Source: Trichoplax adhaerens (lineage: Eukaryota; Animalia; Placozoa). Taken from it: a stretch of DNA of 64,000 bases. The notes under the pieces are model-generated. The model did no database searches, had not been told where the DNA came from, and saw nothing but the letters and a program-made list of their open reading frames with translations. This document shows, piece after piece, positions 13,401 through 27,900 of this stretch (position 1 is the first letter of the stretch; each line of letters opens with the position of its first letter). The stretch covers positions 801,562-865,561 of the forward strand of contig NW_002060946.1 of assembly GCF_000150275.1 (NCBI RefSeq), given 5' to 3'. The translations under genes were made by a program, and so were the position numbers.

Positions 13401-15135
13401 TGGATTTCCCCACTGGACCGTACTAATCAAACGCTAATTAATTAATCTGCTTTAAGAATTAAAAAAATTTGAACCAATAGCTTCCCTCTGTTGTGGTAAC
13501 ACTTTTAAGAAAGTTTAGTCATACCGCCCTAGCACACTCTTACATTACGTACCAAGTTATCTACAGTACTGTGTACGCTTACCATTTTCATTCAGATTGA
13601 GATAGTTAGATAGTACTTTAATTGTAGGTTTGATAACTACATAACTTAACCAACATCTCTTGTGACGATTCCATATACGAAACACACAAACTATAGCTTT
13701 TTTGTATACCTCAACTATTTGTTTAATGGCAACGATAGAATATTTACTGTAGACAATAATAGTATTACTCATCGTGTCTTTATAAAAGTTAGTCAAAAAA
13801 GATTTTGAATAGATCGCTATAAACTATTTTGAGCTCTCGTACGTGTATAGATTGATTGAAATGACATGCAATTTTACTATTTCTTTGGCTTCCTATGTGG
13901 TTTTGTCATTTTTATTAAATATAGATACTGCTGGATATATGGATTATTAGTTTGTTATTACCGAGAAATTCCAAAATTATCGTCATCGACTTTCAGTCTA
14001 TCGGACAAGAGTTTACTATACTTGTTAAGTTTACAGGTAAACCTATAGACTATATTGCAATCATGCCATGAATTCTCCAGGAACGGTGAATGTATTTAAT
14101 CAATATTTCTAATATTTATTAATCTTTTCTCATATTAAGTTTCTTAGTCAATCTCGTGGATCTATTTTTGTTGGCTTAAGTGGCATGGTAAATGAATCAA
14201 CTACTAATAAATATACGTATTCTGAATGTTGCAATTATACGATCATACTGTATATTGATTTACGTCTAATTATGGCGTCTATCTTCATCATATAATAGCT
14301 GGCAGGAATAATTGCCCGATTTAAGCTAAATTGGTTTCATCAGATACTGCGCTTTCCGGATTCTGTCTACCGATTTTGTCATACGTATCTTGGTAGGATT
14401 TTATACTCTTCTGCACCATTGGCTGATAGTCCTGAAAATCCGATGGGTGCTACAGTAGAAATTCAACGTAGTCAATATTTAGACGAAGTGGAAGCCCAAA
14501 TAACTCGTGCACAGATAAGACAGTTTGGAATGCTAGATGATAATCAGCAACAAGTAAATTTAGCCAGAGAAAATGTATTCTTATTTATTAAATTTATTAG
14601 TTTAACCTGACTTTTGGTGCCTCAATGACATCTCGAAGGAAATAAAAAAATTTTTTATTTCATTAATTTTCTAGCGTAATCGCGTCGGCCAAGGTTACCA
14701 AGAAGTTTTATTACCACCTGAGGAAGGGCCATTTCGCCGTCGGTTTCGAACAAATAGAGATGATAATCCAATAAGACCATCTGAGCCACAATTTCATGAA
14801 CAACCTTCAATTCATGAAGCTGAAAACATTCCAAGACCTGACGATATTTCTGAAGATAATGTAAGTCTAGATTATTTAATGATGGCATGAAGGAACAGTT
14901 CTTTGTGATTTTGGTACATAGAAATTATCACAATAACACGAAAGATCCTTAATTTATTGCGTATCTCCCGCTACTTTACATGGCTTTAATCACTAATAAG
15001 TTATAACGGATTTTTTTTCTAAACTAGGTTAAAACACTAGTAGAAATGGGATTTTCACGTTATGCAGTAATGCAAGCTTTGCAAGTTACTAATAATGATG
15101 TCGGCTTAGCAACAAATATTTTATTAGCAGAATAA
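10446..15135 (+). CDS. UBAC2: Ubiquitin-associated domain-containing protein 2 (rhomboid-like pseudoprotease with C-terminal UBA domain), 9 coding exons
   Basis: Approximate exons: 10446-10482 (MFFHHIYSLHGF), 12578-12705 (YAPVTK), 12802-12921 (LWRLFTS..LLYNFRLFERRYGTAKF), 13319-13419, 13926-14036 (SDKSLLYLLSLQ), 14140-14187, 14299-14553 (MGATVEIQR), 14675-14860 and 15028-15135 (UBA domain VKTLVEMGFSRYAVMQALQVTNNDVGLATNILLAE-stop). Confidence 0.92.
10900..11330. repeat. Minisatellite of about 85-95 bp units, about 5 copies, in UBAC2 intron 1
   Basis: The core AATCTTGATGATGCCAA recurs at about 10974, 11067, 11152 and 11238, each with GTCAATTTACTAG..TAGAACTGA..GATTAAAAGGACTTGTAGCC-like flanks. 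Confidence 0.9.
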
Positions 15136-17209
15136 GCAATAATAGTCACGATACAGTATACTCATAAATTTTTTATTTTCTATAAATGAATATCTGTTGT
15201 TCGTTTAATGATATCTGCCAAATATAAGAACTAGTATAAAGTTATATGTCTTGATGATGCATCCAATGTTTAACATCAGTCACTCTATGAATGGATACAT
15301 ATTTATACATTATTTGCTTGGATCATTCTTCCTGTAAATCATACATTTCGTAAGTGAAAGCTGCAGCATGCTACAGTCCTTATAAATTAGACAAAGTTAA
15401 TCAATTTTAATTCTATAGTCAATGTAAATGATTGTGTGTCGATTATGATTAGCGATTTAACACATCTATTAGTTATGCAGTATATGTAATAATGCTAATA
15501 CCGGTAGTCCCAAATCCCTAATGAATTATGATTATTCGGTGTACCTTTTTATCATAGTATACAGTAAGCCTAAGTAGAGCGAAGATTTTAGGGATAGCCT
15601 AGAGTAACTAAAAATGTTTGCTATAAGCATCATATGCCGGTAATGCTCACACGTTCTGCTGCCTCAACCGATTAAATAAAGATGGTAGAAGAAGTATGAA
15701 CTAATAATACTTACTATATTATTAAAATCACTTGGTATAATATTACGAATTTACGACGATGATAAACGAGTCTTCAAATTGAAAATGTAGTGAAGCAATC
15801 TATGCTTAATATTATTAATTAGTAGCTTAGAATAAGAACTTATTGTCCAATGAAACGCTGAATATAAACAAAATTAAGCGATCACAATAACGTTGCTATA
15901 CCCAACTTGAATATTATTGATGCAACTCTTAATGAAGTAATTTCATGATTACCGCAATTTCTGTATCAGCTAACGTAGAATTATGCATAGAAGTACTGTA
16001 TTATTAGCTATCCTGGAATTAAACTGACCCGGTCTATTACGCATACTAAGGACAGTGGTATAGTATCGTTTGCATTACAATCTGATTTGTAAGGGAAGCC
16101 AAACCGTTCATTCTAAAAGTCAGCGTTAAATATTTAAAATAATAGCATCTGAGTTGACTATTGAAACCACAAACTCTACCGCATTACGACTATGATAAAT
16201 AACTATCTACAAAAAATTAGGTATAACTTGGACACTTAAGGTGACTGAGATACATCTACTAGTAAAAATTTAGTATATATATATTGTGTAATTTACTATA
16301 ATTCTAACAAATTGAGATAACCGATCCTAAAATTATTTAAATTTTGCTATACATTAACAGGAGACACAATAATCCTCAATACTTACTCATACACTGTACA
16401 GTATGTATGTAGGTACTGTTTTACTAAGTCTCGCATTTAACCATTGAAGAAACTGGGTATACAGCTAGCTTCTAAACTTTTAACATCGTACCTAATGTAT
16501 GTATATTTCCTCTAATACATACAGTCAATTACCAACTTCAGTTACATTACTACTTGAGGTAATTTAATAAGCTAAAATCATATTATTAACAATATCTAAT
16601 GAATATCAAGCGTTCTACAAGTAATATTGATCTCATTTATCAATGTAAAGCCATTGGGTGACTTCAATTACAAAAGTAATAAATTTTATTATTACAATGT
16701 TGCTATGCATATAACTATTCAAATTAAAGAATACATTACAGCTATGATCGATACTTATATGTTGTTAATAAGAGATTTAAGAAATAGTTAAGTACATCTG
16801 TATATGCTTATACAATGCTAGACAATATTCGACGGAGATAACAGAATACCATGTTTAATTAGAGTTGCTGAAATACCATCATTGTTAAATTCCAACATTA
16901 CCGTATGTTTGCGATAAACTCGTACATTCAATTTACTAATATTTACTAAACGGTTGAAATTTTATTAAGAAATATACTATATATAATTCACTATCTTGAT
17001 ATTGTACACAGAATTCATTTAATAGTTGCAGCTTAAAAAGTACAGTACATTGGCATTTAACAAATAAATTAGAATTAGTATTGCAATATTTTCGACAAGT
17101 GAAAACTATATAGCATATTTATAAAATGTGATATCGTACTGAAAACTCTTAAAGCTTGTATATAACTACAAATGTTAACATTTTTGAGTGTGATTCCCAT
17201 TGGCTTACA

Positions 17210-20200
17210 TTATGCTACACCAACAGCAGAATAAATCTTCCTTACAAAGTAGTAGCTCGTCAAAAAACCAATCGAGCCTACAAGAGACCAAAAGAAACCC
17301 AGAATGAATATTAATGGAGTAACGTATGTCATCATTACCTTTACATAAAATTGTATACGGAAGGCTGGCACACGTTTGCCTCGTATAACATTTTCTAAAA
17401 ATAATAACTAACCCCCTAAGATGAACACAAATAACATAATGATTGTAGTATATCCAATAAAGAGGAATATGCTTGTTCCACCAACGAGACCAGACCTTAT
17501 AGATACAAAATATATAGAATAAACGAGTATATAAAAACAGCAACCGCCGCCAGTTAAGAATGAGCGCCACCACCATTGGTAATCCTATGCATCAATGCCA
17601 AGCAAAAATAGAATAATTTCTGAGTACAGCGGTAATACAATCGATTAGGCAAAATTCGTGTAAGTCCATGAACTATTATTCTATCTCAATAGAATATAAA
17701 ATACCTCAACAGATAAATGAGCGTAACACAAGCATATTGTTGACTCTGCAGTAGTTAGAATAAATACACAAAACATTGGAAAGAGAAATCCAGAGGCGTA
17801 AAAAATTTGATGCATCCTATAAAGTAATTTGTAAGCATACAGAAGAATTCAAATATGGGTATAAGTAACAATTCACTATGCATGTACTAGTCTATTCATA
17901 CTACTACCTACCATATCGAGCTTAAAATGAAGTAAAATGGAATAAAAAAGCTTGAGAAGGGCAACAATCCACCCATGAGAACACCAGGCCATAGTTTCAT
18001 AATAAATTTCTATATGATTAAAATATTTAAGTGATATTTAGCACTATTATAATCCTGTCGATATCAATTATTAATCTTCGCAATATACGAGTATATATAC
18101 ATGCTTATTATCATCTGCACTATATAATACCGTTGGAGGAATTTTTCTCGGAATACGATTCGTTTCCACGGGATTTTGAATCGGCTGAAATAAAATTATT
18201 CAAGTTGGTTTAAAAGACGTCTTCATCTAAACGTTTTAAAAACTCATATATTTAGTGTATGTACAAATTGTAACCTTCTTTTTAAAACCCAAAAAAGCTC
18301 CAATAAAAGTCATTGGCATTGAAATTCCAATCCTAAATGTCATATTATTTTACATTTTAGCTGAATCGAATGGTCAACTGTAGTAATATCAATATCTAGG
18401 ACAGGCTACTAGTATTAATACGTATGCGATGAAATTAAATGTAAGTATTTCACCCACCACAGTGCCATAACTGCTACAAAAGTACCAAAAGGTATAGCTG
18501 CCGAAGATTGTCCGGCCCATACAAATATATTTAACAAAAAGAAAATCGCTACAACCACCCTAAATAAATAAAAAATATTCTTTAGTAAGTTATAAAGAAA
18601 ACGCTCAGCAAGCCAGAATAGAGAATCATAAATTAACATAAACTATAGCAAATATTACGTACACAGGGAGCAGAAAAAATGTCATAAGTGTCATAGTTTT
18701 CCAATGGAGCCCTCCGATTGCTATAAATATAGCAGATATTTCTTTTATTACAAACATACAGCTGTACATAAAAGTATCGATAAAGATTGCTATGGTTACC
18801 TTTATAAATCCTTGCTGCCGTATAACCAGCAAAACAACTTGAAAACAAGTAAAGAAACTGCAATACCAGAAAGTAGACAGTAAGTACGTTATTAAATTAT
18901 AGCTGTACGTATATTATACCGAATTAAATGAATGTTAAATACCAGAGCACATGTTGCAAGCTCTCCGCGTGAAGCTGGAGATAGCGCTCCAAAGCAAGCG
19001 AGCACTAATACGAATGAATATAAACACTTTAGTTATAAAAGGAAAGATCTTTTAAATGTAATCGCCCTAACTAAATGTTTGTCATCCATTCTTCATCTTA
19101 CGCAGTATGATGGTAGTAGTAATAAGGAGTTGTATTCCAGTGCCAGATAAAATTGATAATAACATAGTCTTTCCAGGAGGTCGAAATATGTCACCATGAA
19201 TCAATTTCCATCCAGATTCTGCCTGAGTTTTCTCCTTCTAAATAAGATACACTATGATCAGGCATTGTAGAAAAAGTTGTATACACAGTAGATAAAAAAA
19301 AGGTTAGTTTAGTGGTGTGCGAATTATACCAAAGACTGTGATCGACAACATCTGATTTCTTTATTGCGGAGAGTTCGAAGAAGTATTAAAGCCACGCAAG
19401 CACAGAGTAGTACAAGGACAATCGTAGAATTTATCAAGCTGCAGTAAAAAAATGTTAGTCGATAACTGATAGTTTATTTCATTTACAACGGGGTATAACC
19501 TTTCTTTACCTGAACCAAAGGATAGTGGGATGAGAATGAGATTTTAGGATGTAATCCCACCTGGATGACCACAAGGTGGAGTTGTCTCGCTAGTAATATT
19601 ACAAATATAATGATCGCGAGAGACATAATAAATAAGCATTAGCCAGGAAATAAAAACTAAGAAATTTCAACGTATTTACCTTAAAATGTACAGAATAAGT
19701 GTAGGTTATTGATGTATTCACTACTAGGTTATCTCTGAATATCCATGGAGAAGTGATATTGCAGTTAACCATATTCGGTGGATGGCGAATACTAATTACA
19801 TCATATTTCAATCGTTGTCAGATATACTGGCAGTTAGTGCGCAATAGGTACGTAGCGATATCAAATGCAGCCTACCTACGAAGCGTAGCTGTAGCAGATA
19901 CAATATTCGCCCCTTGGTTTTTATTTTCGTTTTCATAGTTATAAGAAATTGTTATATCAACATGATTATAGACATAATAGCGATTTACTTTTTCCTAAGA
20001 ATAAAGATTGCAGAAACATAATATAGTGTTAACCATTTTAGTTATGGTATACGAGCATGATGAATTCATTTAGATTGCAGTGTATAGTATTATACCGAAC
20101 ATATTTGATTATCCATGCAGCCACCGATAAAAATTCCTAGCGAGTCAATAGTTTGATGGTTGATAGCTTGAAAACATTGTGTTACTGGCATATTATCGAT

Positions 20201-23200
20201 GAGCCTAATGATATAGGATAGATATAATGAGATATTATTTGGAGTTTAAAAATAAATGTTATAAACTTGTAGCAATTACAAACGATGACATAATCTTGTC
20301 ATGACAAAACGTAGTTAAAGCATTAGGAAGAACCAATAGATTTTTATTACATAATTTAGTACAGCGTAACCAAGATTAACTAGATTACAGACGAACACTA
20401 CAATCTTTCTAACTACTGTATTACGGTGACTAACACAAAAGACCTTGTCACTATACAAGTATTTCTTTAACTATAATTTATAATTGCATAAATAAGATCA
20501 ACCGGGACTTACCAATTGTTAAGGTATCTCTTGACTATGCCATATTTTAATTTCTTCAGTTTAGCTAGACTACTCTTATCCCCTTGAAAGTAGCTTTTAG
20601 TACAAACTTTTGCACAATTAACATCTTCCAGAAAATTGATCTAGATAATGTCAATGTTTTAAATACATAATTTTATCATCTTTTCAAAATATATTCTTCA
20701 CGCTGCATCGATATACTTACAGCATAAGGTGCTATGTGAAGGCGATCTCCAATCAGAACCTATCATACATCAATGCATCATTTAGCAAGTAGATGGTAAT
20801 CAGATCGATACTATCGTTTAAGCACTAGACGACGGACAATCATTATAGTAGAGTTTATGTTTTATGAATTCCAACTCTAGCATAAGTACAGTAGCGTAGT
20901 ACTAACCATTTTCAGATGTATATTTTGAAATTATAAATAAGACGAATCAATGAGTGCAGTCCTCAGTTTTATCCTATTTATTTCTCATGAAGACCAATCA
21001 ATGCAACAGTTTCTAATATCAAGCTTAAATACTGTATCTCATGAGATAGGAACATAGTCGTACCTCCATCATTTATAGAATAGCAACAACTTTCATTAAG
21101 CGTGGCACATACGTCTTAGATACTTGGTTTTTAAACAGTATTTTTGATTTATTCAAATGGTATGAGATTATTTTTGTTATAATGATTACTATATGATTTT
21201 GATAGCAAGAAATTGTATAATACAGTATAGGTCTTATTTACATTAATTTTACACTTTAAAGAGAAGTTCTCGAAAATAGATTTCATCAACCTTCGTAATA
21301 ACTATATTATAATTATTATCCAGTAAGATTTTACTAGCCAATTTCAAAGCAGATTTAACCTTTACTCTTCAAGGATGCAACTATTAACTAAATTACGGTC
21401 AATACTAGCATGTTGAATTTTATGACTATACTCACAACACTATGCGGATATGTTAGTCTGTCGAATTTCTAGTTTGGAAATTTTAAAATTACAAAATTGC
21501 ACGTTGAACTACCTAACATAAAATCAATCGATGAAAGTGAACAGACATTATATATTGATATCATCGCTGGTAAGATTGGTAGTGATGTTAACTTAACAGT
21601 AATACAGTACAGTATCGTGATATTACAGTCTACATTTTTTGCGAACTGATCAGATTATTCAATTCAAACTGATAACTTCTACTACCTACTTTCATTATCT
21701 ATGAGTGGTATTAAATTTATCAAGCTAACTTTAGTGCATTTAAAAAGTTACGATAGCCGATAATGGCCATTTACCTGACCAATCGTTTCAGCAGGAGCAA
21801 CCTTGCTGCCATTGTACTGGCAGAAATCAAACCTATATCATGGAATGGATACAAGAAGAAATGTCAGGATTATTTACTGTTGAAGGCTACAGTACTGTGT
21901 TACCATGCAGGATAGATCATTTATTTATAATATTTGTAATATAATCGTATGAGAAGATGACATATTTACACTTTTATTGGGCAAAATTGCATCATACAGT
22001 TCATACTTACGAAGAATATTCATACGGTTCAGCAACTTTCGGACTATTTAAAGTATTGACCATGAAAGGAATTTCTGACTTTATTGACAGTCAGCAAGTA
22101 AAGGCAGTCCATCATCATCATCGAGTCGATGATGAAGGAAAATGTTCAATAAATATCGTAATGATATCATTCATATTTCGGACGATGAAGAAGGAATGGT
22201 AATTTACCAAACATTGCAGTGCCGTCATCCGTGTTCACATTCGTGAAGGAGAAAAGGCATTCAATAAACACAGCAGTGCCACCATCCATGTTTCCATTGA
22301 TGAGCATGGAATGATGTCCAACAAAGTATTACATTGCCATTAACAAGGTTGCGATTAATGAAGAAAGGAAAATATTTCAATTTACACTACTAACATTTAT
22401 CCATTTCATATCTCATTAAGTGCTTTTGAGTTAAAGTATTACATGCACTGTACGTATTCTAGTCTACATGCTGTCTATTCTATGCGTTGTGGAGATTTCT
22501 CTTTTATTACAAAAAGATATCATAAATATCGTATTAGGACGACATTACAATGTACTCGTATATTAGGCGTTAACAGTATGCAATTGGCATGCTAGATTAA
22601 AGTCGTCCAAAAAACAGCTGAATAGGATCTAACTTGAAGATAATCCCGAATAAGGAGTCGAAAAATGCTGATGTACGATATCGAATAGTCACTTGATGAT
22701 TAACCACCGATTACATCGGATATAAGATATAAATAAATGTCGCAATGCTCATCCATGTTTCCATTTCATACAATACAAGATTGGGTCGAAGTTAGAGTAA
22801 TTACAATAGAAACAACTGGAGTGATTCGTCTTCAAGTGATTACTGAAAACTAAATCAAGAATGCTTTAACACAATATCTAGTCGCTATTAGACGAATATT
22901 ATATCCTCTTTGGATACTATTATGCAAAATTGAGTTGAGATTACAACTGTGATCATTAAAGTACCGTAGAAATAGGACTGTGGAATCTTCAAGTGACTAC
23001 CGAAAACAAAGCCAATGAAGCTTAAGATACGATACATATTTGCTATTTGGCAATCAATACCGAATCCTATTTGGATAATACCTTGCAAGATAGAGTGGCT
23101 TTAGCTTTTGGACAGTAAAATGATGGTTTACCACCAGGTAGGTAAAAAGCAAAACTTAGACTGAAGGATAGCAATAATTGGAGTGCTAGAAGAATTATAC

Positions 23201-23219
23201 GCAATTTCGATCGCATCAT
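17210..23219 (-). CDS. Diverged TM9SF2-like paralogue with the same exon-intron layout as the 2159-8595 gene
   Basis: Exon 1 (about 23082-23219) reads MMRSKLRIILLALQLLLSFSLSFAFYLPGGKP. Further exons read SEIPFMVNTLNSPKVAEPYEY, FDFCQY..ETIGQ, VLIGDRLHIAPY, LIDNMPV, WSSRWDYIL, GWKLIHGDIFRPP, LSPASRGELAT, ETNRIPRKIP and DYQWWWRSF. The last exon ends RKIYSAVGVA-TAA (17210-17212). No internal stops were seen in the exons read. Confidence 0.92.
22130..22415. repeat. Highly degenerate tandem repeat of about 55-60 bp, about 5 units, in intron 1 of the TM9SF2 paralogue
   Basis: A (GA)TGAAG..GAA...TCAATAAA..CAGTGCC..CATCCATGTTTCCAT pattern recurs. A fragment (CATCCATGTTTCCAT) appears again near 22750. 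Confidence 0.5.
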
Positions 23220-23975
23220 TCTGAAAAATTTTCCTTATTTTCGATCAATCTGCCCACCAAAGTAAGTTCACTAGGTCTAGTATAGACTACCAAATAGCTT
23301 TTCCACAGAATAAATCAGTAAAATTGCCTAATAGCGGCTAATGATGGTAAATATACGATTCTTGAATAACAAAGTGAGGATTGGAAGACCTTGCTCAGCT
23401 ATATAACTGCACTATGGCTGTGGACGAGGAATGAAGTGATGGAATACTGTATAGTGCTACAGTCTGCAATAAATTCTAGTCTATACTATAGTTATAATCG
23501 CTTGAATGAGCATAAAGACTGTCTTATGATTAAAACTCCACGTATCCTATAATGATGCTCATACATAATTAATTTTTATGACCATAGTAAATCCTTATAA
23601 TATTTACGACTAAAACAGGATATCATTAGAATGTTCAGGATCGATTTTATAATATATTGAGCTAGTACTATATGTTTGTGTCACTTTTATAAGCTTATAA
23701 GTGAAATGAATAATGGAATAGTACGATTTTACTTGATCGATGTAAAGGAAATTTGCTTATACCGTGGAAGGTAGAGCAACTCTAACTACAGTATAGTAAG
23801 TGTGCAGCGCCTGCTATAAAATCAGCCAAATAATTTCAGAACCACAGTATATGAGAGAGACTAGACAACAGATCAATTTTGAATGGAGAATAAAAGTATA
23901 TATACTGGCCTTATTATTGGTCTCCTAAGTATATTGGTACAGAGATAAAAGAATATACTATCAATTAATATCAAC

Positions 23976-24189
23976 TAAATCTATCTGTAGTCTACGTCGT
24001 TTCTATTAAGTACAGTAATTGCCTATTTAGATCAGGTATTTTTATTGCATTAAATCTGCCTGTAGTCTATGTTGTTTCTATAAAGTAATCGCTTATTTTA
24101 GATTAGTAATGTTATTGCATTAAATCTATTTATAGTTTCTATCGTTTCTATAAAGTAATTGCCTATTTAGATTAGCAATTTTATCGCAA
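23976..24189. repeat. Minisatellite of about 70-75 bp, 3 copies, intergenic
   Basis: Units start TAAATCT at 23976, 24051 and 24121 and continue GTAGTCTA..GTTTCTAT..GTAATTGCCTATTTAGAT..TTATTGCAT. Confidence 0.88.
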
Positions 24190-24900
24190 AGATTGATAAA
24201 TCGATAAGTAGTAGGAGTAGATTTTACTCATATGAGTACTTATCATCTCTAAAAAAAAAAGACAATCGCTTGCTTATATCACTAGTTCTGTTGTAAAGGC
24301 GGACTACACATCCTGCAGCATCAGTACAATATTCTGTCTAGTTATATGCAAGGTCATACTCAATTCATGCCGTACTTTATCATGCACTATAATCATATAA
24401 ATGATTTTCGCTTGTACGTGTACGAGTTGATATATTACATAACGATGTTTAGTAGAGAATAATGAATTAGTAATCCTCCATAATTTAAATCATAATAAAT
24501 ATTTATAATCGAAGATCAAACATCACAATTTCTCGGTTTAACAACACCGTACAACTTTAAAATCGATCAGAATAAAGTATATTCTATAAACATGCAATAT
24601 TAGGCATACACTTGTTCAAGCTATTCAATAAGCGCAGAGCCAAAAGGTAACTCAAAGTACAATATTACCGTAAATATGCCGAAACTGAAGTTTTAACATT
24701 AAAAGCGGATAAAATATAGAGAAATGGAAAAGACATTTATAAATTAAAGTAACAGTCTCTCTCAACATAATTACAATCGGAGTACAAATAGATCGGAAAC
24801 AATAATAAAGAATGTATACTCATCATCTGATTATATATTATATATTAAACATGATCAAATCTTTGGATTGTATAACTTTTAAAGAATTGGTATTACTTGG

Positions 24901-27900
24901 TCAATGACGGACAACATTGTGGCGATTTCGATTGTTAGTAGTATACATTTCGATCAGTCGTAGGACTTCGGAATCTTCAGCATTACGCGGATCAGCTATT
25001 GAATCAGTTACAAATACACTCGTCAATTGCAATCATGTGCTAGCAATGACATTGATAATGAAGTTGTCATCAATGGGTCTAATTCATTATCGCTTTAAAG
25101 TTAATTCATTGCAGCATTAATATCAACAAATTTAGGTGTATTTATATCGACAATGTTATAATCCTACATTTGGTCTACCGGCAGAGTTAACATAGATAAG
25201 AAATTCGAATTATGGCCTAATTTAATTTCTTTGCAAGGTTATGCATTAATAATATCATTTCTTTTATCTTACTTCGACTATTAAGAGATTCATCGTTTGC
25301 AATGTTGTTACCAATAACTGATTTCGTCTTTCCTATTAACAATATAGTTATCATGAAATATCAGAGATTTAATTATTATGTATAAGCTAAATGTATCATA
25401 AAATTGTTAAATAAAACGCTCATGTTAATCATTGCATCATAGGTACCCTGCTTCTTGCGAGATGAAGGCAAAAACTTTCTAGAATCGTTAATGTTTTCCT
25501 AAAAACAAACACAATTTTATCAAACAAAAAATTAATAAAGCTAGATCAAAATACAGCACCAGTGTTATGTAGAAGAAGATCTGCTCATAACTTGAAGCCT
25601 TAATCTTAGATTTACCTCTTTTACTAGTAATTCTACCGAAGTCTTGGCCAGTCGGCTAGGTCGTAGCATCTTAACATTCCACTTAACTGCACTACCATTT
25701 GAATCGATAGCCTGTAATAGAAATAACGGTTATAAGTACAAAGGCAATTGATTTATAAGATTTCAATTTCTATCTGACGTTTACAGTATAAGTATAGAAA
25801 GAATAGGCAGCTCCATACCTGATCGATTACCTCTTCTCTACCTTTTATATCATCATCAATAGATAACTATAATATAAAGATTTTAGACGTAGCAAAACCA
25901 ATTTTATTTTAGGCTCTTTTGGTCGATTTAAAAGAAATGAAAGATTATATTACAAATCGTGGATAATTCTAGTGAACTTTAGTCCGACTCTACAGTATAA
26001 TCTAGGTGTAAAATTTATCAAAATACTTTACTTTTTCCATTTCATGATCAAGTTTCGTACTCCGCTGTCCCTGATTTATGATACGCAAAATTATATTAGT
26101 TGCATATCGATAGTGATCAATTTCAAATTTCGGTACAAAATTTTGATTTATTAATATTACAACCTCGTTTATACTAGTATCTGTTCCTTTTCCGTCAAAT
26201 TTCTAGCCCAGTTAAAAGAAAAAATAGTTTAATCGTTCCAAGAAAATTAATTATGACTACACTGATGCTAAATAAACAATGATTTAACGCATTGCAGGAA
26301 AATCGTTACGAGAAAGACGCACATTATATTTCATTTAATAACAACAGTGAACACTATGAAAAGGAATTAATCTTAATTTGCTAATATGATAAAATTTCAC
26401 TGTTTTACTTACATAAGTCAAGCGATTAAGAAGAGATAACAAATTTTTCGCATCGTTTATTTCCAAGTCAAAGGAATAAGACACAGTTTTATCTACCAAA
26501 AATGTAACTCATCTGATTAGGTAGAGTACACCACTGATAATAATTCTTGATACCTATCGTAACTTTTGCAACTGCATACAGTACCTTCTATTTCGATGCT
26601 TGTGTAAGATTTATTTCCTGAATTACGTAACTTAGTATTTACTTTAAAATTTGCCGATATCGGAATATCACCCTGTAAACCGGCGCAAAAATAAAGTTAA
26701 ATATCAAAAGATATTGGAAAGGGATGTCTATCATTGGAACCATGAGACAAATGTTAGCTATTGATCTCACCCGACAATAGTATCCACTTAATTTTTCAAC
26801 TACACCTACAAGTGCAACAGCCGTATCAAAAACCAATACGTAACGGTCGCTGGCCTATGATACAGTATTGTAAAATAATACATGTATATAGTTATCATAG
26901 AAGATTTGTAAGTCAGAAATAGAAAATAATAGAATAAATAATAGTATTGTATAGCACTGTATTTATGCTAGACCTCAGGATCATTCATTTGTGTCTTGCA
27001 CATGAACATTGGTAAGCCGTATCTACCCTTGAGCTGAGTAAAATGATGTATGCAGCATTAAAAAAATTAGAATAGTATTTCCCGAACAAGTAACCAAGCA
27101 ATTTACAAGCGATACCGTACAAGTTAATAGAAATCACCGATCAATTTAAAGTAAATAATATTATTTTATTCTATCATAGTTAAAACTTTAAACTATTATA
27201 ACCACAAATACTATGCGTGTATACTGCCATACTATGATACACATGCAGAGAGCAAAGCAACAATCACGCTAGATAATAAACTCATAGTTTACATTGCAAC
27301 CATTACAAAATTGCAATGATAAGTTATCATGCCATATTGGAGCAAAGAGATGAAGTGATAAAACAAACCATATGCTGTCCAATTTATACAGCGAAATTAT
27401 AACTTTACTGCTACTATCATTAAATTTTTGATTACCGGTATCAAAGTGATATAGCTAATTTAGAAAGAATCGTCAAATAAAGATACTATGCGAATCTCTA
27501 AAATAAGAGGTAAATCTTACAAAAAAAGTAGCTCCCTTTTATTATACATACGTTTTCATCCGGAAAGCCCTCGAGCTTCCCTGTAATAATGTCTGTTTCA
27601 ATTTCTTTATTCTTCCTTACTATAGCGCATGATTTCTGTAATTGAAGATCCATCAAGGTTATAAACTAAATTACTATTTTAAGTATGATACTATAATATA
27701 TAAATATTTTAAATAATCTAACAAAAACAATGACTATAAGGAATTACATTAATATCAGATAGCAATTCAAATGCTTCGAGTAATTTATTTCGTCCTGGAT
27801 GATGATCCTAATAATAAAGACCATTGCATTAAAAATTTATCTTGAAAACCGCTGTAATATAATCTATCAAATTAAACCTACTTCTACACTATTTAGTAGC

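Noticed and set aside
17205-17576. 123-aa minus-strand ORF
   Set aside because: It is a wrong-frame reading across the last two exons and intron of the TM9SF2 paralogue.
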